Under the pieces are notes generated by a model. The model saw nothing but the letters and a program-made list of their open reading frames with translations, was not told the DNA's origin and made no database searches. Shown piece by piece: positions 16,421 to 26,260 of a stretch of DNA of 35,916 nucleotides. Each line of letters begins with the position of its first letter. Position 1 is the stretch's first letter. The stretch is from a virus. Its lineage: Duplodnaviria > Caudoviricetes. The position numbers and the translations under genes are program-made. The stretch is taken from positions 1-35,916 of the IMG/VR virus record IMGVR_UViG_3300037697_000081. One strand, given 5' to 3'.

Positions 16421-18091
16421 ATGGCTGAACCGCTTACGAGTTTCCAGGAGCCCGGATTCTTTTCGCAGATCAAGGAGTCGCCGAGCCTTGCGCTGCTGCC
16501 CGGTTCCGTCCGCGTCGTCGGTCTCATCGGGACCGGCAAGGCCACGCGCTCTGTTCTTCAGGAGTCCTTGTCTCGTGAGGACGCCGGAACGAATCACGCT
16601 GAGCTTCTCGCCAATCCCGCCGCGTCGATCGCCAGGGTTTACTCCCTGAGCGTTTTCCAGTACCCCATCTCCAGCTACTCGACCTCTATCACTGGATCGA
16701 TCGCTGAGGGTGCTGGCTACGCCATCACCGGCGAGACCCTCAAGGTCTCCGTCAACGGCGGCGCCACGCAGACCATCACGTTTACCGGCGTCAACCCGCT
16801 GTCCCTTGCGGATGTTGTCACGCAGGTCAACGCTGGTCTCACCGGCGCCAAGGCGTACGCCACGGCCGGCAACTTCCTCTGCCTCATCTCTGGAGACGGC
16901 GTTACCGGAGACGGTGGTGCGAAGATCAAGGTCCTCGACGGCACCGCCAACGCTGACCTCGGATTCGCCAGCAACGCCGTCTCGAACCAGATCAACTGGA
17001 AGGCCTCGATGGCTTCCACGGATTCCAACGTCCGCCCGCTGGACGGAGAGGATTACCTGATCGACTACGAGACCCCGAAGACCGCCGCAGACCTCAAGCC
17101 GGCGAGCTTCTTCAACCTGTCTCAGGTCTCCGCCAAATATGGGGATCCGAGCAACGACAACAAGGTCTCCCTCGGAGCTCAGGGTGCCTTCAAAGGTGGC
17201 GCCTCGGTCGTCACGATCCGTCAGCTGGACCCAGAGTACTCCAACCTTTCCGCCGAGATGGACGCCGCCCTCAAGGACCTCGAAGCCGAGCGCATCAACT
17301 ACCTGGTCCCGATGGTGTCGGACTCCTCGCTGTGGGCGAAGTACCTCACCCACGTCAGCAAGATGTCGTCCAAGCTCGAGCGCAAGGAGCGCCGCGTCCT
17401 CGTCAGCATCGATGAGACGTCCGGCCGCCTGGCTCTCACCGGCGTGACCTCGTGGGACACGCTGATGGACACCTTCGTGGCAACCTCTGGCCTCGAGCCG
17501 AAGCGCGTCCAGGTTCTCAACCCTGGATACGCCAAGGTCACGGTCAAGAACGCTCAGATCATCACGGACGGCTGCTACAACGCCGCGGTCCTCGCCGGCA
17601 CCATGGCGAGCCCGGCCGTCGACACCGCGACGCCCATGACCCGCAAGGCCCTGGCGTCTGTCGACAACTTGCTGGCACCGGACCTGCTCCGCAGCGAGAA
17701 GAACTTCCTCACCTCGATCGGCGTCACGGTCCTGGAGATGAAGGGAGCTCTCGCCACGGTTCGCCGATCCATCACCGCCGACTCCACCAGCATCGCCAAG
17801 CAGGAGCCTTCGATCGTCGACTCCCTGGACCAGGTGGCTTCTGAGGTTCGCGAGGCTCTCGAGAACCGCTTCACCGGCACCAAGACCGGCAAGAACACCA
17901 AGGCCGAGGTTGAGGCCGCGGCCCACACGTTCCTCGACAGGTACGTGGCTGACGAGATCATCGGAGACTTCAGAAACATCACGGCGACGCAGAACAGCGT
18001 GGAGCCGCGTCAGTTCGACATCACGGCCGAGATCCTTCCGATCTTCCCCTTCCTGTGGGGAACTCTGGATCTCACCATCGTGATCAGCTAA
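16421..18091 (+). CDS. contractile tail sheath protein
   Basis: 556 aa; N-terminal EPGFFSQI..VVGLIG; C-terminal sheath signature (LENRFTG..FLDRYVADEIIGDF..FDITAEILPIFPF); followed by the tube gene. Confidence 0.9.
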   Translation: MAEPLTSFQEPGFFSQIKESPSLALLPGSVRVVGLIGTGKATRSVLQESLSREDAGTNHAELLANPAASIARVYSLSVFQYPISSYSTSITGSIAEGAGYAITGETLKVSVNGGATQTITFTGVNPLSLADVVTQVNAGLTGAKAYATAGNFLCLISGDGVTGDGGAKIKVLDGTANADLGFASNAVSNQINWKASMASTDSNVRPLDGEDYLIDYETPKTAADLKPASFFNLSQVSAKYGDPSNDNKVSLGAQGAFKGGASVVTIRQLDPEYSNLSAEMDAALKDLEAERINYLVPMVSDSSLWAKYLTHVSKMSSKLERKERRVLVSIDETSGRLALTGVTSWDTLMDTFVATSGLEPKRVQVLNPGYAKVTVKNAQIITDGCYNAAVLAGTMASPAVDTATPMTRKALASVDNLLAPDLLRSEKNFLTSIGVTVLEMKGALATVRRSITADSTSIAKQEPSIVDSLDQVASEVREALENRFTGTKTGKNTKAEVEAAAHTFLDRYVADEIIGDFRNITATQNSVEPRQFDITAEILPIFPFLWGTLDLTIVIS

Positions 18092-18107
18092 GTCCAGGAG
18101 GAACGCA

Positions 18108-18662
18108 ATGGCTTTGGATCCCAAGAGACTTTCCCCGAACCGGGCCCGCTCGGTTGCAAGCATCGTCATCAAGGCGACGACTCCGGACGGCAAGCTGGTC
18201 GCGATCGGTGGCGTCAAGTCGATGGAGCGCAGGCTTGATCGCAACATGACGCGTCGCCGCGAGTTGGACAGCGATCCGCCTGGCGTGACCATCGAGGTCA
18301 TCCCCGGCGCCGTCACTACGTTCGAGCTCACGATCACCCGCGCCATGCTGTACAAGGGCGCGCTGCTCGAGGGCTTCGGCATCAACGGAATTGAGGACTT
18401 GATCGAGCAGACCATCCCGCTCGAGGTCCACGAAATCCGAAACAACCTGGATGGCTCGTCCCAGACGGTCATCTACAAGGGCTGCTACTTCAAGAGCAAC
18501 CCGCAGTCCATCGACCTGGACGGCGACTGGATCATCTTCCAGGCCGGCGTTCTTGAGGTGGCTTCCGCGATCGTGACGGGCAGCAAGCAGCAGGCGGACA
18601 TCTCGCCTGACGTCCCCGGCGTGACGTTCAACGCCGGCGGCACTCCGCCCGCGCTTCTCTAA
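18108..18662 (+). CDS. tail tube protein
   Basis: 184 aa after the sheath; AGGAGG SD; IGGVKS..EVIPG..ELTITRAML..YKGCYF pattern. Confidence 0.8.
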   Translation: MALDPKRLSPNRARSVASIVIKATTPDGKLVAIGGVKSMERRLDRNMTRRRELDSDPPGVTIEVIPGAVTTFELTITRAMLYKGALLEGFGINGIEDLIEQTIPLEVHEIRNNLDGSSQTVIYKGCYFKSNPQSIDLDGDWIIFQAGVLEVASAIVTGSKQQADISPDVPGVTFNAGGTPPALL

Positions 18663-18697
18663 GACCGTCGTCGTTATCCGCACTCTGAGGTGAGAAC

Positions 18698-19054
18698 ATG
18701 GACATGAAGGATTTCAACGACCTTTTCGAGATCGGGCGCGTCACGAAAACGATCAAGATCGCTGGCCACGAGATCGTGATGCACACTCTCAACTCCAACG
18801 AGTACTCTGCCATGGCGGGGGCCTTGAAGGAAGATGACGGGGTCGGACTCAGCAAGCGCCTCGAGGCGTTGCAGCGTGAGATCGTCGCCAACGCCATCGA
18901 GACGGTTGACGGTAAGAAGCTGAACAGCGAAGAGAAGTCTGCGCTGGTCGGCATGATGCAGATCGGTCTTTCCAACATGCTGTACGACGAGTACGGCAAG
19001 ATGATCGAGGAGCAGAATAAGGTTCTCGAGGACTCAAAAAAAAATTCTGCGTAG
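18698..19054 (+). CDS. tail assembly chaperone (gpG-like)
   Basis: Between tube and tape measure; ends SKKNSA over an A9 run. Confidence 0.85.
   Translation: MDMKDFNDLFEIGRVTKTIKIAGHEIVMHTLNSNEYSAMAGALKEDDGVGLSKRLEALQREIVANAIETVDGKKLNSEEKSALVGMMQIGLSNMLYDEYGKMIEEQNKVLEDSKKNSA
19036..19044 (+). promoter_or_regulatory. slippery sequence A AAA AAA (programmed -1 ribosomal frameshift)
   Basis: TCA AAA AAA AAT in a region that otherwise uses mainly AAG for Lys; canonical position. Confidence 0.85.
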
Positions 19055-19389
19055 ATGAAGACTGGCTGCGCGGGGTCAATGAAAGTCCTCGTTTTGAGAT
19101 CGCGACCCACTTCGGACTACTGCCGACGGACGCACGCCTGTCCGAGCTCTCTCCGGCGCAAGAGTTCTGGACGTACGCCCACATCAAGCGCCGCGAGCTC
19201 CTGGCCCAGGAGCGCCTGAACGACTCCGTGCGGATGATCTGCACGTTCATCAACCCGAAGATGGCCTCCGACGTGTTCAAGGAGCGCGAGGTGTCGGATA
19301 ACGACGGCTTCATGGACGACCTCAAGAAGCTCGATCCTAATTTTGATTCCAGCCAGTACGAGGACGTTCTCGAGGCGATGACGGAGTAA
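19042..19389 (+). CDS. -1 frameshift extension of the tail chaperone (gpGT-like, fusion about 230 aa); absent from the ORF track
   Basis: The -1 frame is open from the A9 run for 115 codons (KFCVDEDWLRG...VLEAMTE) to TAA 19387-89, with normal codon bias and no early start codon; it ends 1 nt before the tape measure ATG. Confidence 0.85.
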   Translation, partial: KFCVDEDWLRGVNESPRFEIATHFGLLPTDARLSELSPAQEFWTYAHIKRRELLAQERLNDSVRMICTFINPKMASDVFKEREVSDNDGFMDDLKKLDPNFDSSQYEDVLEAMTE

Positions 19390-19390
19390 A

Positions 19391-21481
19391 ATGGCCAGCG
19401 ATCCAGGGAAGGGCATGCGGGACTACGGTCTCGCCGCAGAACGCGCCGCGAAAGACATCGATAAAATCGCGGAGCGGATGCGTGCGTCCCTAGAGAAAGC
19501 CCACGACAAGCTCGGCAAGGACTTCAATGCCGAAATGCGCTTCATGGTGGCCGCCTTCGGTAAGGGCACCAAGGAAATGGACGTCAGCATGGGTACCCTG
19601 CCCAAGTCCCTTGAGCGCGTATTCGGACAGATGGGTGCCATTACCACCCGCGGAACAAAGAAGTTCCTCGACCTCAAGAAGGCACTCGAGGGCGTCGGGA
19701 CCTTCATGCCTAAGGCCCTTGGCGTCAACGCGTTCTCTGTCCTGCAGTCCACGATGCAGAACGCCGCCAAGATGGACGCCGAGTTCGTAGTCAAGCATGC
19801 GGCCATCGGCAAGCGCTCCGAGGAAATCGTCAAGGCCTTCACCGGCGAGGGCAACGCGGCCAAGCGAACCTTCGACATCATCCAGGCTGGGCGGCAGTAC
19901 GCCCTTGCTGGTTCCATGGAGACCTATAAGCAGGAGGTCGCCCAGGCCAACAGAAACCCTGCATTAATCCTGGCGGCCAGAACCAAGCTCGCCAAGTCCG
20001 TCGTAGACCTCGACAAGCGCACCCAGCGCGAGGTTAGCAGGGCATCTCTCTCTGAGGCCGGCAAATTCGGGGCTGACGCTGCCGCTAGGCGCGTTTCGTC
20101 TGGCGCGCGGGGCATCATGGCGGGGACCGGGGATCTCAGCCTGCCGGGCCTCCTACAGCGCTCCAAGGCCGTCCAGGGGCTCGCCGCGGCCGAGAAGGAC
20201 GTTGCCGAGAGGCGTAAGTCTGGAGACACTTCTGCCTCCCTGACGACTGGCCAGAAGGGCATGTCGGAGATCTTGGGGGTAGTCCAGAAGCTCGCCGCAG
20301 GCATCACCCCGATGACGGTCATGGCCCAGGTCGTCATGCAGCTCATCTCTGCCTTCGACCGTGCCAAGATGTCCGGGGCTGCCATGGCCGAGGTCGTCGG
20401 CGCCCAGGGCCCTCTGAAGGGTGCCGGCGGGGCAATGGGACTGGTCAAGAGCTCTGCTCTTGCCCTGAAGATGGAGACCAACGCCCTGATCCAGGAGATG
20501 GGGCCACTTCGCACGGTCAACGTGGATGAGCTACAGATCTCGTCCGCCAAGGCCGCTAGGACCATGGGCGGTATCGCCAGGGACGCGATCCCGGGCGTGA
20601 TCTCAGGGCTATCGGCTGTCCAGGTGATGGCTCCTCTGGCCGGCATGGACGCCGCCAGCGCACTAGGGATGGTCGCCAAGGGCCAGAAGGCGTTCGGCCT
20701 GAAGAGCCAGAGCGAGATCCGTTCTTACTTCCAGTCCATTATGGGCGGAGCTCGTGCTGCCGGTATGGGAGTTGAAGACTTTGCGTCCTCGATCGGCGAT
20801 ATCGACAAGATGGGTCTTAAGTTCGGTACAAGCATCGAGAGCTTGGTAGGTAAGGACGGCGCTATGACCAGGCTGATGGCTGGCCTCGGGGCTAAGGGTT
20901 CTTCTGGCCTCCGCGGCATGGTCGGCGGGGCCTTCGCCCAGCTGAGCACCTTGTCTCTCGGCCAGACGCTCGCCATGCGCATGGCCGGCGGCCGGCAGTC
21001 ATTCGGCGGAGCGGTAAAGGATATCACCACCGAGAAGAGCCCGATCTTGGGTAACGTCCGGGCATTCCGTGAGATGATCGCCATGCAGCACCCGGGCGCC
21101 CTCAAGGGAGATCCGGAGGCTCTTGGTAAGGTCATGCTGCGGATGGAGAACCAGTTCGGCACCAACTTCGCGATGAGGATGGGCCGCGACCAGAATACGT
21201 TCAAGCAGTTCCTCACCGGATCCAACGAGGGAACCAAGGAGTTCAGGGAGGCGATGGCCAAGGCGGAGCTCGACAAGAACCCGCTTCAGAAGGCGGCCGA
21301 GATCGCTTCCAGCCAGCTAGACACTTTGACGCAGATCCAGAAGACGATCGAGGAGTTCATGCAGGGCGTTCTTGGATCCGCCCTGTTCGGAGTCGGGAGC
21401 AACCCCGCAAGGGACGCTGCTCTCGGCAGGTCAAACAACCTCGTCAAGTCGCTGACCGCAGCGACGGCGGAATCAAAGTAG
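19391..21481 (+). CDS. tape measure protein
   Basis: 696 aa, Ala/Gly/Met/Lys-rich, helical, directly after the G/GT chaperones. Confidence 0.85.
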   Translation: MASDPGKGMRDYGLAAERAAKDIDKIAERMRASLEKAHDKLGKDFNAEMRFMVAAFGKGTKEMDVSMGTLPKSLERVFGQMGAITTRGTKKFLDLKKALEGVGTFMPKALGVNAFSVLQSTMQNAAKMDAEFVVKHAAIGKRSEEIVKAFTGEGNAAKRTFDIIQAGRQYALAGSMETYKQEVAQANRNPALILAARTKLAKSVVDLDKRTQREVSRASLSEAGKFGADAAARRVSSGARGIMAGTGDLSLPGLLQRSKAVQGLAAAEKDVAERRKSGDTSASLTTGQKGMSEILGVVQKLAAGITPMTVMAQVVMQLISAFDRAKMSGAAMAEVVGAQGPLKGAGGAMGLVKSSALALKMETNALIQEMGPLRTVNVDELQISSAKAARTMGGIARDAIPGVISGLSAVQVMAPLAGMDAASALGMVAKGQKAFGLKSQSEIRSYFQSIMGGARAAGMGVEDFASSIGDIDKMGLKFGTSIESLVGKDGAMTRLMAGLGAKGSSGLRGMVGGAFAQLSTLSLGQTLAMRMAGGRQSFGGAVKDITTEKSPILGNVRAFREMIAMQHPGALKGDPEALGKVMLRMENQFGTNFAMRMGRDQNTFKQFLTGSNEGTKEFREAMAKAELDKNPLQKAAEIASSQLDTLTQIQKTIEEFMQGVLGSALFGVGSNPARDAALGRSNNLVKSLTAATAESK

Positions 21482-21491
21482 GAGATACACC

Positions 21492-22067
21492 ATGGCCATT
21501 CTATTCCCCCTCAGGCTTGCTGGTCAGCGCTTCTTCGTGAACCCCACGAAGATCGAGATCGTCAAGCGCTCCCAGCTGTCTGAGGTCAAGACTATGGCCG
21601 GCACCACGTTCCAAGTTTGGCCCGACCTGCCGGACGAGGCTCGTTTTGAGGGAATCAGCTTCGGCATCAGGTCCCTCCAGGAACTCAAGAACATCGCTGG
21701 CGCCATCGAGCGTACGCCTGACGCCAAGGAAGTGGAGCTCGTCTACAAGTACCGGCGCTACACGGGGTACGTCCGCGATCTTCGTTTCTCCGCGGATGCC
21801 GACAACCCCCGCATCTTCAACTACTCTTTCGGGTTCGTCATCAAGAGCAGCCCGTTCCAGGCGCGCGACATGGCCCTGGGTCAGCTCGTCGGTCTCAAGG
21901 CGGAGTACGACTTCATCGAAGGACAGCTCCGCGGGGCGAGCCAGACCATTGCGAACATCCCGTCTGATCAGTTGGCGAACGTTCTGAACGCCGCCAATTC
22001 TATCAGCCGCATCGGTGTGAACATCGGCCGCGTCACGCCCCCGTCTATCTCCTCGTTTAGGCCATGA
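21492..22067 (+). CDS. putative tail tube initiator/baseplate protein
   Basis: After tape measure; FFVNPTKIEI..YTGYVRDLRFS..FNYSFGFVI tube-like fold pattern. Confidence 0.65.
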   Translation: MAILFPLRLAGQRFFVNPTKIEIVKRSQLSEVKTMAGTTFQVWPDLPDEARFEGISFGIRSLQELKNIAGAIERTPDAKEVELVYKYRRYTGYVRDLRFSADADNPRIFNYSFGFVIKSSPFQARDMALGQLVGLKAEYDFIEGQLRGASQTIANIPSDQLANVLNAANSISRIGVNIGRVTPPSISSFRP

Positions 22068-25000
22068 GCGACAAGCAGGCAACGCTGCCGACGAAGCACC
22101 AGCGGCAGTACGTCGACTTCCGGGTGGTCGTTTACCGCCTACGGATCCCCGGTACCATTAAGATCGGGAACGCCCCTGTTTCCATCAACGACGTTCTGTC
22201 TTCCGACTTTTCGTCGCACTTCTACCAGGAGATCTCCGGCGAACTCAGCAAGTCCGCCGGCGTCGGTGGCACCCCCACCTTCGTTCCGTTCCTCGACGAC
22301 GTCTACAAGGCCATCACAACCGCCCTCATGGACGGATCTGTGGCGAAGACGCCTTCTGTCCTTTCTCGTCCCGGATCAGACGGAATCCCGGTCTTCCATG
22401 AGATCGACATCACACCTTTGGTCCATAACGTCGATACTGACCTCGACCTCGATAACTCCAACCGCTGCTCCATCGTCTTGATGGATCCTCGTGAGGTTGA
22501 CTTCCGTCAGCTCGAGCTGGACCGCTACAAGAAGGTGGCGCCTGTCGCTAACTTCATTAAGCTATCCGATCTCAAGGGCTTCACGTTCTCGGAGTTCGAT
22601 CTTGTCCGGGTATTCGTCTCCAGCGCCTACGACGCCACTGCCACGGCTAGGATCGCAGCCCTCGAGAAGAAGCTCGTTGGCCTCGGGTACCCTTCTGGAT
22701 CAGGCAAAACTTTCTTCATGAAGCCGGCTTTCACGGGATTGGTTGTCGACATCGAGGAGCATAACACCGTCGGATCCACCGCCACGATGTCGGTCAACTG
22801 CCTTGGAATCCGCCGGGCATTCATGCAGTCCGTAACTACGGCCAGCGATGCGTTGGCTTCCGCAGTTACGATGGCAACTCCTGAGCTTGGAATCCTTGAC
22901 GACAAGTTTACGTCCTTCCTTAACTCCTTCACGAACATGAAAGCCAATGAGATCGTCAAGAAAATCTTCGACGACTACATGGTCGCCAATTTTATGCCCG
23001 TAACGGCCGGACAGGACCCCGCCATCGGGACACCAAGCATCGCCGGCGTTGTCGCTCGAATGAACGAGGAGAAGGTTGTCAACAATGTGACGATCAGGAG
23101 TAACCTCATTCCGATGCTCCCGACGGTGATTCTCCTGCACCTCCTGAAGCTAAAGTACCGGGAGGCAATCATGCTGTTCGATGACCGTCTGGCTGCCCCT
23201 GTTGAGGCCGTCAGCGGATCCCTCAACGCCGGCGCCACGGCCGTCCCGTTCAAGGGCTCAGCTCCGGTCGGAGATCTGGCGGACATCCTGGAACCGTACC
23301 TTTTCAGGATTCGGGAGACCTACGCCAATTTCGACACCTCGTACGTCTCGCCTGAGGAGGTCTTCCAGACCATCCGCGAGACAACATATATGGAGATCTT
23401 CGAGGACCGCACTGGGGCCTTCCACTTCAGGTTCCCCCAGTACAACCGAACCCAGGCCTCTCACGAGATCGGTTTGGACGAGACCCTCTCCTCTGCCTTG
23501 CGGCGCGATGACTCGGCGGTGTACAGCTGCAACGTGGCACAGCGCATGATGCCGGTCCATGGATCCACCGGCGACATCGACGGTCGCGTGTTTGTCGACA
23601 AGCTCTCTATCCTGCGCTATGGATTCAGGCGGCCGCAGACGATTGAGAACCCGAACGCCGTCAATGAGGCTTTCGCAGTGGCATTGGCTAAGTTCGTTCG
23701 GGACTACAAGGCCGGACGTGAATCTCGGACGGCCGCCATCACCAAGCTGGGAGACCCGAACATCGACGTCGGACAGCTGGTAATCTTTCATCACGGCCGG
23801 CCAAAGAAGGCGAACCTCGCCGGCGACATCGAGTCGAGAATCATCAGAACCTACGCCGGATACGTCGTGGGGATCTCTGAGTCTCTCTCCGTCTCGGGCC
23901 AGTACGTCCAGACACTGCGCCTTGGCTTCGTTCGCGACGCCACGGTCATGGACATGGCTGGGTTCGTTGGTCCGATGCGGCCTGTCGCCCAGCACGGATC
24001 TCCGTGGGATGCCGCCCAGTTTAGGACCACGCGCTCGAGGGATAACTGGAAGACGAAGGCTCCTCTTGATTCTGAACCGACTTCTGGGACTGTTGAGGAC
24101 TACATGAGCCTCTTGGACGTCGACAGCAGTTCGTACGTCGCGTCTTCATTCAGGTACATCCCCTCAGCACTCGACCTGGCCAAGGAGTCGGCGAGACCTC
24201 TTAACATTGCCGGCGCCGCTGCGTTCAAGGATTCCCTGAAGAGGACTGACGCAAACTCCACCGGTGCTTCTGGTGACGACTACGACGCCGCCATCGCCTC
24301 GGTAATCGCGCAGATAAAGGCACGCGTTGATGTCCTCGGGGACTGGCAGGAGAAGGCCCGCCTTCTGGACGTTATGTCTGGTCTTCTTCTGAATGCTGAG
24401 ACCACCTACGGTGTCGGGAGAAGTTTCAACAAACGTGACTACCTTAACGCCGGATCGGTCTTTGCTCCGGCGATCGCCAAGGAGAATGGCCGCGGCACCG
24501 TAGGCGTCACCGTGGCCGTTAAGGTGGAGGAGAAACAGAACGCCACTAGCGTCGTCATCGACGGCAAGATGGTCGACTTCCGTCCGTCGTTCGGAGGCGG
24601 CCGCTCTATCCCTCACGTCACCTTCGCGCAAATCCTAGACCAGACCGCCGAGAATAACAAGTTCAGAAACCCAAGTTTCAAGAAGCTCTGGACCACGATC
24701 TTCGAGGACCAGAACGGAGGCGTGAATAAGACCAACGCCACCATTCTTCATTCCCCGTACATCGCGACCTCTCGTAACCTATTGAAAGCGATGACCGATA
24801 CCGTACAGGGAGCATCTGCTGCGCTTAGGGCTATGGTGCAGTTGGACACCGACATCGACCTTCTCGTAACTCAGGCCAGAGAGCTCGAGAAGCAGAAGGC
24901 GTCTGCGAAGACCAAGGCTTCTGCGAAGGCGGCTAAAATCAAAGCTGCCGTCACGGAGGCATCCACAAACCCGGCCCTGGCCGGCCTGGCGAAGACCGGA

Positions 25001-25081
25001 GACATCGGTACCGGAGACACGGTCGTGTCGTCTGGAACAACGGCCGCCGGATTCCCGTTCTCTGGCGTGCAGTTCCCATAG
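22064..25081 (+). CDS. baseplate hub protein (gp27/gp44/gpD-like) with long C-terminal extension
   Basis: PAFTGLV, EIFEDRTGAFHFRFP, RYGFR, GDPNIDVGQLV, YVVGISESLS..QTLRL hub patterns; position before the spike. Confidence 0.75.
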   Translation: MSDKQATLPTKHQRQYVDFRVVVYRLRIPGTIKIGNAPVSINDVLSSDFSSHFYQEISGELSKSAGVGGTPTFVPFLDDVYKAITTALMDGSVAKTPSVLSRPGSDGIPVFHEIDITPLVHNVDTDLDLDNSNRCSIVLMDPREVDFRQLELDRYKKVAPVANFIKLSDLKGFTFSEFDLVRVFVSSAYDATATARIAALEKKLVGLGYPSGSGKTFFMKPAFTGLVVDIEEHNTVGSTATMSVNCLGIRRAFMQSVTTASDALASAVTMATPELGILDDKFTSFLNSFTNMKANEIVKKIFDDYMVANFMPVTAGQDPAIGTPSIAGVVARMNEEKVVNNVTIRSNLIPMLPTVILLHLLKLKYREAIMLFDDRLAAPVEAVSGSLNAGATAVPFKGSAPVGDLADILEPYLFRIRETYANFDTSYVSPEEVFQTIRETTYMEIFEDRTGAFHFRFPQYNRTQASHEIGLDETLSSALRRDDSAVYSCNVAQRMMPVHGSTGDIDGRVFVDKLSILRYGFRRPQTIENPNAVNEAFAVALAKFVRDYKAGRESRTAAITKLGDPNIDVGQLVIFHHGRPKKANLAGDIESRIIRTYAGYVVGISESLSVSGQYVQTLRLGFVRDATVMDMAGFVGPMRPVAQHGSPWDAAQFRTTRSRDNWKTKAPLDSEPTSGTVEDYMSLLDVDSSSYVASSFRYIPSALDLAKESARPLNIAGAAAFKDSLKRTDANSTGASGDDYDAAIASVIAQIKARVDVLGDWQEKARLLDVMSGLLLNAETTYGVGRSFNKRDYLNAGSVFAPAIAKENGRGTVGVTVAVKVEEKQNATSVVIDGKMVDFRPSFGGGRSIPHVTFAQILDQTAENNKFRNPSFKKLWTTIFEDQNGGVNKTNATILHSPYIATSRNLLKAMTDTVQGASAALRAMVQLDTDIDLLVTQARELEKQKASAKTKASAKAAKIKAAVTEASTNPALAGLAKTGDIGTGDTVVSSGTTAAGFPFSGVQFP

Positions 25082-25091
25082 GAGAATACGA

Positions 25092-26225
25092 ATGCTCGAA
25101 CATGGACTAGAAGGTAAATTCGAACTGGCGATCGTCAAGAGCGTCGATCCTGAGAAGTTCCGCGGCGTGATCCAGTCCTTGGACACTGGCAGCACGCAGA
25201 ACTGCATAATGAACCCTTCTCCGTTCGGAGGGATTATGCCAACGGAGGGTTCTCTGGTCGCTGTCTACAGGAAGCAGGGATGGTGGGCTCGTTACCTGTT
25301 CCCTGTTTCGGAGCTCGTCGATCAGTCTGAGCGCAGTCTCGAGAAGCGTCTCGAGGAAGAGCAGGAAGAGCCGCTCGGCGCCGTTGAGTACCTCGACGCC
25401 GGCGAGTCCTTCTACGGTCGTCATGGGCGACTGCGGTTTGACAACCAGGGCTCGGTGTTCCTGTCGAGCAAGATGAAGGACGTCAGCCTTAAGCTTAGCC
25501 ACCAGATCAAGCGGGCTGAACTTACGGCCAACGATTTCATGCTTTCGACGCACGGCGCCGGCATCAGGGTCATCACTCAGGGTTCTGTCCCGACGACGTT
25601 CGGAGACACGATTCGTATCGAGAAGAACGTCGCGACGGTCTCGATCCCGAAGGAGATCTCGAATATCGACGCTCCGGTCCCGACGATCGCGTATTTCGAG
25701 ATCGACAAGGTCGGAGGTATGACGCTTTCCGCCACGCTCGGCGCTGCGAAGCTGAGCCTTTCCGGTGCGGATATAACAGGCGCCAACTCAATCGGAGAGG
25801 CGGTTCTGTCGAACGAGATATCCAAACTTTCACTCAGCCCGATCGGTGATGTTGAAATCACTGGCCCTATCTGCGAATTCTCGATGTCGGCCGCGGCTGA
25901 AGTCATCCTGAGTAACAATGTGGGGTCTCTGACGATCTCTCCGTCTGGCGTTACGCAGTTGGCCAGCGGCGCGGACATGACTCTTCTGGCCGGCACGTCT
26001 CTTTTGGCAACGGCGAGCACGACCATGGATTTCATCGCTTCTACCAAGGCAACCATCACGTCTCCGATCATAGACCTGGTCGGTACGGCGCCGCTCAGCC
26101 TGTCTGGTTCTCCTACGTTTACCGGCATTGCGGCGGCCGTTCCTCTCATCGGAGTCACGACGACCTGGAAGATCCCGGTCTCCATCAACGGCGTTCCTGT
26201 CGGATTCATCGCGGTGATCCCGTGA
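25092..26225 (+). CDS. baseplate central spike protein (gp5/gpV/gp45-like)
   Basis: OB-fold start (AIVKSVDPE..MPTEGSLVAV), then short Ser/Thr/Gly-rich beta-strand repeats. Confidence 0.7.
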   Translation: MLEHGLEGKFELAIVKSVDPEKFRGVIQSLDTGSTQNCIMNPSPFGGIMPTEGSLVAVYRKQGWWARYLFPVSELVDQSERSLEKRLEEEQEEPLGAVEYLDAGESFYGRHGRLRFDNQGSVFLSSKMKDVSLKLSHQIKRAELTANDFMLSTHGAGIRVITQGSVPTTFGDTIRIEKNVATVSIPKEISNIDAPVPTIAYFEIDKVGGMTLSATLGAAKLSLSGADITGANSIGEAVLSNEISKLSLSPIGDVEITGPICEFSMSAAAEVILSNNVGSLTISPSGVTQLASGADMTLLAGTSLLATASTTMDFIASTKATITSPIIDLVGTAPLSLSGSPTFTGIAAAVPLIGVTTTWKIPVSINGVPVGFIAVIP

Positions 26226-26230
26226 GGCAT

Positions 26231-26248
26231 TGGCAAGTTTGCAGTATT
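26231..26248 (+). promoter_or_regulatory. 18-bp conserved motif copy (TGGCAAG-TTTGCAGT-ATT)
   Basis: Intergenic, directly followed by GGAGG, 12 nt before ATG 26261. Confidence 0.6.
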
Positions 26249-26260
26249 GGAGGGGCTTAG

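Noticed and set aside
15770-18472. 900-aa minus-strand ORF (and the 451-aa ORF at 31770-33125)
   Set aside because: Same shadow effect over sheath/tube and fibre genes; no SD or domain evidence.
26231-26248. TGGCA...TTGC as a sigma54 promoter
   Set aside because: GG and GC are separated by 7 nt, not the required 10.
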